A DNA stretch of 32,000 nt from Patescibacteria group bacterium (GCA_041662745.1 JBAZRV010000005.1:30001-62000); one strand, 5' to 3'; positions 1-7,991 are shown, counted from the stretch's first letter. The notes: generated by a model from the letters alone, not told the origin. Numbers and translations: made by a program.

Positions 1-1091
1 TCGGGATCTTTGCCGCTGGGAATGGTAATGACTTTGGAATTATAATTCAGGGCCGGATCAATGAACTGCGACAGCTTGCCGTGCCTGTCAAGGGAACTGA
101 CAATCCTGTCTTCCTTCTCAATATCCCGAACCAGCTCTTCGCCGCGATCGGTGGCTTTCTGGCCGGCCGAATCGGCGTCCAAAGCGAAATAAATATTATT
201 AGTGTAACGCTTGAGCAATTGCAACTGATCTTTGGTCAAAGCCGTACCCGAAGAAGCGACCGTGTTTTTGAAACCGTATTGATGGCAACTGACCGCATCC
301 ATTTGGCCCTCCACCACCACGGCGCAGTCCTGTTTTCTGATTTCATTCTTGGCTTGATACAAGGCAAAGACGATGGCGCTTTTGTTGTAAATATCGGTCT
401 GAGGCGTATTGACGTATTTGGCCGGCTCGTCTTTGGACAATGTCCGGCCGGTGAAACCGCAGACTCGGCCGTTGTGGTCAACGATGGGAAACATGATGCG
501 ATTCCGGAAACGGTCATAATACCCGCTTCCCCGATCCTTCCTGATGGTAAACCCGGCGGAAAATATTTCCTGTTCGGCGAACCCCCGCTTCCTCAAAAAC
601 TCAAACAGATTGCTCCAGTCGTCAATGGCATAACCGATTTTAAAATTCTCCATCGTTTCTTCACTGACGCTCCGGCCGGCCAGATAATCGCGCGCCGTTT
701 GCGCCCGCGGAGATTCTTGCAACACTTTCTGCCAATACCGGGCGGCCAAATCGCAAACATCGTACAGATTGTTTTTTCTGCTGGCGATTTCCGGCCGATG
801 GCGCGACAAAGTAACGCCGGCTTTCTGCGCTAAGATTTTCAAGGCTTCGGGAAAATCCATGTTTTCCAGCTTCATCAGGAATTCAAAAATATCTCCGCCC
901 GCACCGCAACCGAAGCAATGCCAACTGCCCCGGGCCGGCGAGACCATTAGCGACGGCGTCTTCTCATTATGGAAGGGGCAGAGCGCTTTGTACGCTCCCG
1001 CGCCGGCCGGCACCAATTTCAAGTATTCGCCGAGGAGCTCGGCGACGTCAATCTTGGCTTTGATTTGTTCTATTTCGGGACTGGAAGACAT
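1..1091 (-). CDS. dnaG: DNA primase DnaG, N-terminal ~363 codons (3' end lies beyond the window edge)
   Basis: Absent from the ORF track because it runs off the edge. Manual minus-strand translation from ATG 1091 gives MSSSPEIEQIKAKIDVAELLGEYLKLVPAGAGAYKALCPFHNEKTPSLMVSPARGSWHCFGCGAGGDIFEF..., the CHC2 primase zinc finger. Further downstream are RNRIMFPI and the TOPRIM-like VVVEGQMD...YFALDADSAGQKAT. Confidence 0.93.
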   Translation of the reverse strand, partial: MSSSPEIEQIKAKIDVAELLGEYLKLVPAGAGAYKALCPFHNEKTPSLMVSPARGSWHCFGCGAGGDIFEFLMKLENMDFPEALKILAQKAGVTLSRHRPEIASRKNNLYDVCDLAARYWQKVLQESPRAQTARDYLAGRSVSEETMENFKIGYAIDDWSNLFEFLRKRGFAEQEIFSAGFTIRKDRGSGYYDRFRNRIMFPIVDHNGRVCGFTGRTLSKDEPAKYVNTPQTDIYNKSAIVFALYQAKNEIRKQDCAVVVEGQMDAVSCHQYGFKNTVASSGTALTKDQLQLLKRYTNNIYFALDADSAGQKATDRGEELVRDIEKEDRIVSSLDRHGKLSQFIDPALNYNSKVITIPSGKDP

Positions 1092-1137
1092 ATTATTACT
1101 TAGATATCATACAATAAATACGCCGGTTTAAGCAATA

Positions 1138-1167
1138 TTGACAAGAGGCGCTTAAAAATGATAATAT
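1138..1167 (+). promoter_or_regulatory. sigma70-type promoter of the 1241-2932 operon
   Basis: TTGACA (1138-1143), then 18 nt, then extended -10 TGaTAATAT (1159-1167). It sits about 70 nt upstream of ATG 1241. Confidence 0.5.
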
Positions 1168-1240
1168 CCGACATTAGAGTTCTTTACAACTGAACAGAAA
1201 AACATAAACAAAACCGCCCACGGGCAAGAAGGAGAAAAAC

Positions 1241-1807
1241 ATGGATTTAATGTGTAACGACGCAATCAGGGCGACGCTTGGGTCTTTTGCGGATGTGAGA
1301 TATAAATATTTGGACTGGGGCTTGTTCCTTATCAGTGGTCCAAACAGTGCTGAAAGAGCTGAGATTCTGGCCAAGATAAAACGCCAGCTTCAATTTAATT
1401 TGGATCAAACCTTGATAATTACCGCCATGACGCAATTTTCAAACGGTCAACTGTTAGTCAATTTTGATTCTGTTACCGCTCCAGCCAACCCCTCCATCAA
1501 TCTTTCTGCCGATCCTCCGGCCGGTCCTTCCGTTGATCTTCCCGCCTGTCCTTCCACCAATCTTCCCGCCGAAAATAAAAAAAGGATTTTTCTTTACCAC
1601 GCCTATGATAGCAGTGGCAGAAAACCGGAACAAGGGACGATAATGGTTATCGCTACCGATGTAAACGCGGCTGATGAAACTTTAGCCGCCGCCGGGAAAA
1701 AATTAGCACTCTCTACGAATAGTATCTGCTGGGGTTGCGAGCTTAATGGCGTTGCCCTGCAAGAAACAAACGGCAATATCATCGCCTTGTTACCGCCATC
1801 GTATTAA
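1241..1807 (+). CDS. hypothetical protein, 188 aa, two halves joined by a Pro-rich repeat linker
   Basis: AAGGAG lies 6 nt upstream of the ATG. No TM segment or signal peptide. The linker PSINLSADPPAG-PSVDLPAC-PSTNLPAE is encoded by 24-nt tandem units (1524-1547, 1548-1571). No family recognised. Confidence 0.6.
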   Translation: MDLMCNDAIRATLGSFADVRYKYLDWGLFLISGPNSAERAEILAKIKRQLQFNLDQTLIITAMTQFSNGQLLVNFDSVTAPANPSINLSADPPAGPSVDLPACPSTNLPAENKKRIFLYHAYDSSGRKPEQGTIMVIATDVNAADETLAAAGKKLALSTNSICWGCELNGVALQETNGNIIALLPPSY

Positions 1808-1837
1808 GTTGAGGCAAAAAAACGAAGGGAGGAAGAA

Positions 1838-2293
1838 ATGAAAAACCATACAAGCGAAGCCAAGGATGAGCAGGGTACTCTCGGACAATTGTTGCGGGAA
1901 AAAGTCAAAGCCGGCAAACAAGCAAGGGAAGCTAAGGAACAAGAAGAACAACGCAAACGACTGGAACCGTTTATTAGCCGAGCTAACGATCTGATCAAGG
2001 AATTGCCCCGGATACTGGCAGAACGGGCGGATGAAGGAGCAACCAGTCACAACTTTCAATTCATTATCTTGCGTGATTTATTAAAAGATGAAATTAGCAG
2101 ACTCGGCGATGAACGCCACCAACCGCCCATAGATCAACGAATTATTGATTTATTCCGAAATGCTTATCTAACGCGATTTGTGCCTACTGCCGGAAAATTG
2201 CTTGGGGATTTCTGCAAGGATAATGATTTGGAGTACGATGATACATTACAAGAAACCCTCGGTCAAATCAGCGTTATCATCAGTTGGAAATAA
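1838..2293 (+). CDS. hypothetical protein, 151 aa, charged coiled-coil N-terminus plus globular C-terminus
   Basis: GGGAGG lies 5 nt upstream of the ATG and the gap to the previous ORF is 30 nt. The N-terminus is K/E/Q-rich (EKVKAGKQAREAKEQEEQRKRLE). No family recognised. Confidence 0.6.
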   Translation: MKNHTSEAKDEQGTLGQLLREKVKAGKQAREAKEQEEQRKRLEPFISRANDLIKELPRILAERADEGATSHNFQFIILRDLLKDEISRLGDERHQPPIDQRIIDLFRNAYLTRFVPTAGKLLGDFCKDNDLEYDDTLQETLGQISVIISWK

Positions 2294-2323
2294 AAACCCG
2301 CCAAAGCGGCAGGAGAATAAACT

Positions 2324-2932
2324 ATGCCTGAAGAAACGCCGAAGAACAAGCTTTATGAATTCCGTTGCTTCAGCCAAGTAACGGCCACCCAGGTAATAGC
2401 AATTGTGGCCGTTAATCTACAAACAGCTGTGGCAACCATGCTGAAGCACGGCTACCAAGTCGGTGGCGCTGACTTCTGGCTGGAACGAATCTATGACAAG
2501 GTTTTTGATCAAATCATCGTTACCGCTGAATCGGCGGAGTTATCCCCCGAGGACGCGGGATTGTCATCGCGGATTGAAAAAAACATCATCGAGCGATTGG
2601 AAGAATACCAAATAGAAAATCTAAAAAAAGAATTGCAAGCGCAGACGCTTAAACAGTTCGCCGATTTCTTGGCTGGCGCGAAAAACAAAACACTGAAATG
2701 CCATCCAGGGCTTTTGATGTTTGTCAGCCATCTAAAAACAAAGTCTGCTAATTGTTTCCCCGTCACCCTGGAACAAGTGCTGGCCTTGCCCCAATACAAA
2801 GAACTTGATTCGTTTTGCCAAAATAACGGCTATCGGTTAGAGGTTGATTTAAGGAATGAGCCGCTGATTAACGAGGGATTGGATTTTCAAATTCTCTATG
2901 TTGGCGTAAAACGGAAAACACTGATAGACTAA
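2324..2932 (+). CDS. hypothetical protein, 202 aa
   Basis: AGGAG lies 8 nt upstream of the ATG and the gap to the previous ORF is 30 nt. A terminator hairpin follows. No family recognised. Confidence 0.6.
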   Translation: MPEETPKNKLYEFRCFSQVTATQVIAIVAVNLQTAVATMLKHGYQVGGADFWLERIYDKVFDQIIVTAESAELSPEDAGLSSRIEKNIIERLEEYQIENLKKELQAQTLKQFADFLAGAKNKTLKCHPGLLMFVSHLKTKSANCFPVTLEQVLALPQYKELDSFCQNNGYRLEVDLRNEPLINEGLDFQILYVGVKRKTLID

Positions 2933-2961
2933 AAAAAATCTTTGTTAGCACCTTAAACAAA

Positions 2962-2992
2962 ACCGCCACCCGGAAAGGGAGGCGGTGTTTTT
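2962..2992. terminator. bidirectional rho-independent terminator between convergent operons
   Basis: ACCGCCaCCC-GGAAA-GGGaGGCGGT hairpin. It is followed by TTTTT on the plus strand and by TTTTGTTT on the minus strand. It lies between stop 2932 (+) and stop 3014 (-). Confidence 0.7.
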
Positions 2993-3013
2993 ATTATTTT
3001 GCGCGACAGGAAA

Positions 3014-3415
3014 TCATTTCTTCCACAAGCCGTGCAGATTGCAATAAGCGCGGGCGGTAATGTTTTCTCCGCTACGATTGAACTCCGCTTCGGGAGCATC
3101 GCCCGGCTTCAAATACCGGCGATCAACCCGACCACCTGCCTGCGCTGAAGCTCCGGTAGGCGGGTCAACAATAATCTCAATCCACTCAATATAGTGAACT
3201 TCTTCCATGGGGTGGAGCGTGGCGCCGATTTTGACTTTTACTCCTGTTTCGGTTTTTTCAATCACCGGCACATGTTTCTCCAAGGAAGCATCAACCGAGT
3301 TTTCCGTTTGCAAAATCATGTCTTGGCCGCAACAGACCAATACTCCTCCGCCGACATGAACGACTTCCACGATATTGCCGCAAACCGAACATTTATAAAT
3401 TTCGTTTAGTTTCAT
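3014..3415 (-). CDS. dfx: desulfoferrodoxin (2Fe superoxide reductase)
   Basis: N-terminal desulforedoxin-like [12 protein letters not shown]...[11 protein letters not shown] core EKHVPVIEK...[13 protein letters not shown]...[10 protein letters not shown]...YCNLHGLWK. Confidence 0.9.
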   Translation of the reverse strand: MKLNEIYKCSVCGNIVEVVHVGGGVLVCCGQDMILQTENSVDASLEKHVPVIEKTETGVKVKIGATLHPMEEVHYIEWIEIIVDPPTGASAQAGGRVDRRYLKPGDAPEAEFNRSGENITARAYCNLHGLWKK

Positions 3416-3464
3416 AGTTGTTAGTAATTAGTTATTAGTTGATAGTTTTGAAGTCATTTATTAA

Positions 3465-4049
3465 CTAGTAACTTTCGCACTTTAATTGATAAAACGCTTG
3501 AGCGTGGTTGCAGGATGGACATTCCTTAGGCGCTTCTTTGCCGAAATGCACATAACCGCATTCGCGGCATACCCACCAAACATCTACGTCTTTCTTGAAT
3601 ATGGCGCCATCTTCCACCTGTTTTAACAATTTAATATACCTTTCTTCGTGATGCTCTTCGGCCCTGGCTATGGCTTTAAGCCGCGTGGCAATCTTATCAT
3701 AACCCTCTTCCTCGGCTTTGGCGGCAAACTCGGGATACATGGTAACATGCTCCCAATTCTCGCCGGCAATGGCCGCCTTAAGATTGTCCGCGGTCGCACC
3801 GTAAGCCGTCGGCGCCTCGGCTTCAACTTTAATCGCCGCCAAATCCTCTTTGGAATGCTTTTTCAGCTTTTGGATTTCCTCAAACAGCTTGGCGGCATGC
3901 TCGCGTTCATTGTCCGCCGTAATCAAGAATATTTCAGCGATCTGCTCAAAACCCTCCTTTTTGGCGACTTTGCTATACATGGTATAGCGGTTTCTGGCCT
4001 GCGATTCGCCGATGAACGCTTTGGCCAGATTCTTAATGGTTTCCGACAT
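3465..4049 (-). CDS. rbr: rubrerythrin
   Basis: Diiron four-helix-bundle motifs (GESQARNRY, NEREHAAK, GENWEHVTMYPE, ARAEEHHEERY) plus a C-terminal rubredoxin-like CRECG...CPSC. Confidence 0.93.
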   Translation of the reverse strand: MSETIKNLAKAFIGESQARNRYTMYSKVAKKEGFEQIAEIFLITADNEREHAAKLFEEIQKLKKHSKEDLAAIKVEAEAPTAYGATADNLKAAIAGENWEHVTMYPEFAAKAEEEGYDKIATRLKAIARAEEHHEERYIKLLKQVEDGAIFKKDVDVWWVCRECGYVHFGKEAPKECPSCNHAQAFYQLKCESY

Positions 4050-4056
4050 AAAATTT

Positions 4057-4087
4057 AGCTTATGGCTTATAGCATATAGCTTATAGC
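4057..4087 (-). promoter_or_regulatory. direct-repeat candidate operator/promoter region upstream of rbr-dfx
   Basis: Minus strand reads GCTATAAGC-TATAT-GCTATAAGC-CATAAGC. It fills most of the 47-nt gap between the ATPase stop (4097) and the rbr ATG (4049) and contains -10-like TATAAG/TATATG boxes. Confidence 0.3.
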
Positions 4088-4096
4088 CGATTAAAA

Positions 4097-6139
4097 TTAT
4101 CTGCTTTGCCTTATACTCATAATATCTTCCACCTCTTCATCAGCCGGCGGATTGTCCGGCAGAGCGGCAGAAAGAGTGTCCAATCCCCCACTTAAATCCG
4201 GCGGCGGAATCAATGGCTGGCGCGGTTCCAGTGATGACAAACTCAAAGGCGGGACGCTATCGTCCTCGTGGCGCACCAATTGCTCCAGCATCCTAATCGC
4301 CGGTTCGCGCGCCGGCGCCGGCTTGCGTCGTTCGTCTTTGACTTTCTTAAAACAATCATTGCAATATACCGGCCGGCCCTTTTCCGGCTGAAAATTCAAC
4401 TTGAACATCTTGCCGCACATGGAGCATTTGGCGTCAAACTTGCCGAACTCGCGACGTTCTCCCTGATCTTTTCTGGCGGGCGGGTCAGCAGCATACCGCG
4501 GCTCATCAACGCGCCTGTCATCCCGGCGTTCCGCCCTGCTTTCTGTACCGGCGGATCCGGCATCATCGCGCAGATCGCGATCGTCGCGTCGGGGCGGCCG
4601 GTCATCGCGTCGGGGCGGGCGGCTGTCCGGCCGGTCATCGCGACTGAAAGAACGGCTTTCGCGTCGGGGCGGTCGATCATCGCGCTTGGGCCAAACCATC
4701 GGCCGAGGCGGGGTCGGCAGCAAAGTGCCGGTGCCCAAAGCCGACAAAGAAATGGTCGGGCCGGCTACCGGCTCTTTCATCGGCACCACTTCACCCATTC
4801 TTAATTCGCCCTTTTCAGCATGAGCGGCGATATCGCCCATGCGCGTACTTAAATCAGCGGAGCTCCAACGATTGATCTTGTCTTCCACCACGGCGCGCGG
4901 ATTGGCGTATCTCTCGCGGGAAACATAAGTTACTTTTTCGCTGTTGTTAGTGCGGTATTCTTCAAATAACGGTGGCAGAGTGGCGGCGGAAAAAGGATCG
5001 GAAGAAACGCCGTCAATCATCAGTTTAAGGTAAACGGCAAAGGCCGGCAAGTTGACCAGATCTTCTTCGGTAAAAAACGGCGCGAATTCCAAAACCAGTT
5101 TCTCGGCATCAGCGGCGCCGACACGGAAACAAATCAATGTGCCGACGTTGCCGAATACGGCTGCCGCTACCTCTTCCGGCAACTGTTCAATATATTGATG
5201 CGCCACAATCAGATTGAGACGGTATTTTCTGGCTTCGGACAGGATATTGGCAAAACTTTCCGTAGCGAAGTTCTGAAATTCATCCACATAAAGATAAAAA
5301 TCGGGGCGGTCTTTCTCTAATATGTCCACCCGGCTCATGGCCGCCAAGTACAGCTTGGTCACGATCATGGAACCCAAAAGCTTCATGGTATCTTCGCCGA
5401 TCTTGCCTTTGGCCAAATTCAAAATCAAAATCTTCTTGTTATCCATGATTTCCCGCAAATCAATGGTGGAAGTCACCTGGCCGACGATATTGCGGATCAG
5501 AAAATTAGACAAGAATTGGCCGACTTTATTCTGGATGGGCGAAATGACTTCTTGCAAGGTCTTTTCATTCCATTTGGAATATTCATTAACCCAAAAACTG
5601 CGCACCACCGGGTCCTTGATTTTGGCCACGACTTTTTCGCGATAGTCCTTTTCCACCAGAATGCGCATGATGCCCAAAAGCGTGGAGCCGGGATAATCCA
5701 ACAACGACAAGATCGTATTGCGTAAAATATATTCCAAACGCGGGCCCCAGGAATCGGCCCAAAGTTTTTTGAAAACGGAAATAAGGCCGGAAGCGACGAA
5801 ATTCTTGTTGATTTCATCCACCGCTTCCAAAACGTTAAAGGCGATGGGAAACTCGGCATCGGCCGGATTAAGGTAAATCACGTCATTAATGCGGTGAGGC
5901 GGAATAAAGTCCAGCAATTTTTCGGCCGTATCGCCGTGCGGATCAATATAGCAACAGCCTTCGCCGTTTAAAATATCAGAAATAATAAGATTTTCCAGCA
6001 GGGTGGTTTTTCCCATGCCGGTTTTACCGATGACATACATGTGGCGGCGACGATCATCGCGCTTAATGCCAAAAGACCTGCGCGCATTGCGGTAGTTGGT
6101 TTCGCCAAAGATTGTTACGTTATTGTTTGGTTCGGGCAT
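4097..6139 (-). CDS. VirD4/TraG/TraD-type (type IV coupling-protein-like) P-loop ATPase lacking an N-terminal TM domain, with an Arg/Asp-rich repeat and CxxC-x17-CxxC zinc-ribbon tail
   Basis: Walker A GKTGMGKT (6005-6028). YIDPHGD motif. Walker B / TraG-D_C-like FYLYVDEFQNF...ARKYRLNLIVAHQYIEQL. Tail from aa ~485: RDDRPPRRESR...RPPRRDDRPPRRDDRDLRDD, then C572-x2-C575-x17-C593-x2-C596. Confidence 0.75.
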   Translation of the reverse strand: MPEPNNNVTIFGETNYRNARRSFGIKRDDRRRHMYVIGKTGMGKTTLLENLIISDILNGEGCCYIDPHGDTAEKLLDFIPPHRINDVIYLNPADAEFPIAFNVLEAVDEINKNFVASGLISVFKKLWADSWGPRLEYILRNTILSLLDYPGSTLLGIMRILVEKDYREKVVAKIKDPVVRSFWVNEYSKWNEKTLQEVISPIQNKVGQFLSNFLIRNIVGQVTSTIDLREIMDNKKILILNLAKGKIGEDTMKLLGSMIVTKLYLAAMSRVDILEKDRPDFYLYVDEFQNFATESFANILSEARKYRLNLIVAHQYIEQLPEEVAAAVFGNVGTLICFRVGAADAEKLVLEFAPFFTEEDLVNLPAFAVYLKLMIDGVSSDPFSAATLPPLFEEYRTNNSEKVTYVSRERYANPRAVVEDKINRWSSADLSTRMGDIAAHAEKGELRMGEVVPMKEPVAGPTISLSALGTGTLLPTPPRPMVWPKRDDRPPRRESRSFSRDDRPDSRPPRRDDRPPRRDDRDLRDDAGSAGTESRAERRDDRRVDEPRYAADPPARKDQGERREFGKFDAKCSMCGKMFKLNFQPEKGRPVYCNDCFKKVKDERRKPAPAREPAIRMLEQLVRHEDDSVPPLSLSSLEPRQPLIPPPDLSGGLDTLSAALPDNPPADEEVEDIMSIRQSR

Positions 6140-6144
6140 ATGGA

Positions 6145-7920
6145 TTAAGCGAAAGGCAAATTGGGCGGCGGAGCGCCTTTTCTTGAGGGCACAGTTCCTG
6201 GGCCCGAATTATCGGGTGGCGCATAAGCCGGCTGGGACGGCGGGTATTGCGATGGCGGCCGATAAGCGGGTTCTGCCGGCAATGAAGAAGGCATTGCCAT
6301 ATCAGGCAAAGGCGGAGCCAGCGGAGGCACGCCTGTCGCCGGTTCATAAGACGGTTCTTCAATAGGTGATTGATAAGCGGGCATTACAGGCGGAGGAGCG
6401 AACATTTGATCGGGAGAAACCGGAGCGGCGGGAGCAATGGGACGGCTATAAACCGAACGATCTTCTCTTTTAGCCGGACCGACACGCTGTTCATAGGGCA
6501 GGCGCGTGGGCGGAGCCGCTTTTTTGCTTTGAATCATGCCGACTTCCGTCGCCTTAACCGTCATTACCGGGAAGTGCCAAATAGTGGCCAACTCTTCGGG
6601 ATTAAGATAGGTGATCTTTTCGTTCACATTGCTCTCGCCGTACCAGGCATGGCGTTTGGAAAACCAACGCAGGATGCGATTCTGCTTCTCAGCGATGCGA
6701 TGATTGACAAAAAAATAATCAGCGGCGGTTTTGGTGTAAGAACCGGGCTTGAAACCGTTGGCATTTGTGGTATTGAATTGGTTAATGGCGCCAGTGATGC
6801 CGGTAACGCCGCGGCCCTTGGCAAAAACTTCCTTCTTGGCCAGATAAATCATGCGATACTTGACCTTGAATTGATGCTTGGAAAGTTTCTTTTCCACCAT
6901 TTCCAGAACCGTACGCTCGCCGGGCGACATCTTGAACATTTTCCATTGGTCTTCTTCCTTCTTCTTATCGGCGACCGCGCCAAGTTCCAAACCGATGGCG
7001 TGCCCGACTAAGCCCATGCCCCAATCAAGAGCGCCACCCAAGGGCTTGTTGATGATGTCGGCGGGATTAAAGCTTTCCGGCGCTTTATAAACCTCTTTCT
7101 TAAGTTCGGTCAAAACCTTTTTCACCGTTTCCGATTTCCAATAAGGAGCACCCTGCGGTTGGACAATGACCTGAATCCAAGTCTGTTCGCCCGGGCCAAG
7201 CCGGCTCATATTCTCTAACAGATTGGACATCGGATCCAAAAAGGCCTGGCTCAAACGATGTTCAAATTCTTCATAAGTTTTAATGGGGAAAGGATACTTT
7301 CTGGTCAAAACAAATTCCGCGCCCCACATGTTATACAGCTTATTGGGAAAATGCAATTTTGAAAACGGGATGGGCTGACCGGTTTTGGGATCAACATCTT
7401 CCGAATCGTAATTGGTGTAATCGTCAACCTCGGTGATTTCCGCGTCCGGATACTGGGAATAAAGCGCGGCTTGGATAAAATCAAGAAAATGCGCCGGGGT
7501 GCGGATAAAAAATCTAGTGTGGCCCTCAATGGACACCAATTCAAACGAAAAGCTCTCGGTCACCTTACCGTTCCAATACTTGTCAACTAAATTGGAGGAA
7601 GTAAAAACACCGGCTAAAGCGGCAAAAATATTCTCCACGGCTTTGGGCGTTTGTTCGTTGTTCTTGGGGATGTCTATCGCCAGAAAACGCCATTTCCATT
7701 TGCTCTGGAACCGGCCGGACTGATTCTCCAAAAAAATATCCTTGTAAGAACGCCACATGAACATCAAAACAAAAAGCACCCAGCCACCGTGCCAGAAGAA
7801 ATACCAGCCGATTTGCGCCGGATCCATTTGGCTGAATTGCAAAAACCAAGCTAAAAACCCCTCCCACAGATTGTTGTTGGCCAAGGAATACAAAATATTG
7901 TCGTAAATGTTCGGTTGCAT
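6145..7920 (-). CDS. membrane-anchored hypothetical protein, 591 aa, with a ~120-aa Pro-rich C-terminal tail
   Basis: N-terminal hydrophobic segments (LWEGFLAWFLQF, IGWYFFWHGGWVLFVLMFMW), a large soluble body, and the last 123 aa (6148-6516) P/A/Y/S-rich. Its stop is 5 nt before the ATPase ATG, so the two are probably co-translated as an operon. Confidence 0.6.
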   Translation of the reverse strand: MQPNIYDNILYSLANNNLWEGFLAWFLQFSQMDPAQIGWYFFWHGGWVLFVLMFMWRSYKDIFLENQSGRFQSKWKWRFLAIDIPKNNEQTPKAVENIFAALAGVFTSSNLVDKYWNGKVTESFSFELVSIEGHTRFFIRTPAHFLDFIQAALYSQYPDAEITEVDDYTNYDSEDVDPKTGQPIPFSKLHFPNKLYNMWGAEFVLTRKYPFPIKTYEEFEHRLSQAFLDPMSNLLENMSRLGPGEQTWIQVIVQPQGAPYWKSETVKKVLTELKKEVYKAPESFNPADIINKPLGGALDWGMGLVGHAIGLELGAVADKKKEEDQWKMFKMSPGERTVLEMVEKKLSKHQFKVKYRMIYLAKKEVFAKGRGVTGITGAINQFNTTNANGFKPGSYTKTAADYFFVNHRIAEKQNRILRWFSKRHAWYGESNVNEKITYLNPEELATIWHFPVMTVKATEVGMIQSKKAAPPTRLPYEQRVGPAKREDRSVYSRPIAPAAPVSPDQMFAPPPVMPAYQSPIEEPSYEPATGVPPLAPPLPDMAMPSSLPAEPAYRPPSQYPPSQPAYAPPDNSGPGTVPSRKGAPPPNLPFA

Positions 7921-7959
7921 GTTGTTGTCTGTCCGATTATGGCAATCGGATATGAATTA

Positions 7960-7989
7960 ATTATAACATAATTCAGTCGGCGGCGCCAA
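7960..7989 (-). promoter_or_regulatory. candidate promoter of the membrane-protein/ATPase operon
   Basis: Minus strand: TTGGCG (7989-7984), then 18 nt, then extended -10 TGtTATAAT (7968-7960). The ~33-nt leader contains the hairpin TCCGAT-n7-ATCGGA (7932-7950). Confidence 0.4.
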
Positions 7990-7991
7990 AT

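Noticed and set aside
81-1131. Plus-strand ORFs of 250 aa and 120 aa from the ORF track
   Set aside because: They are antisense shadows of dnaG, whose minus-strand translation shows unmistakable primase motifs. The plus-strand products are low-complexity with no motifs.
4585-4672. Repeated 13-mer CGCGTCGGGGCGG, considered as a possible CRISPR or non-coding repeat array
   Set aside because: Only three copies with irregular spacing, entirely inside an open reading frame where they encode the PPRRD(D/E) repeats. This is a coding low-complexity repeat.
4097-7920. Calling the ATPase/membrane pair an integrated conjugative element or prophage remnant
   Set aside because: There is no integrase, relaxase, VirB-type gene, tRNA target or flanking direct repeat in the window, and the neighbours are housekeeping genes with matching composition by eye.
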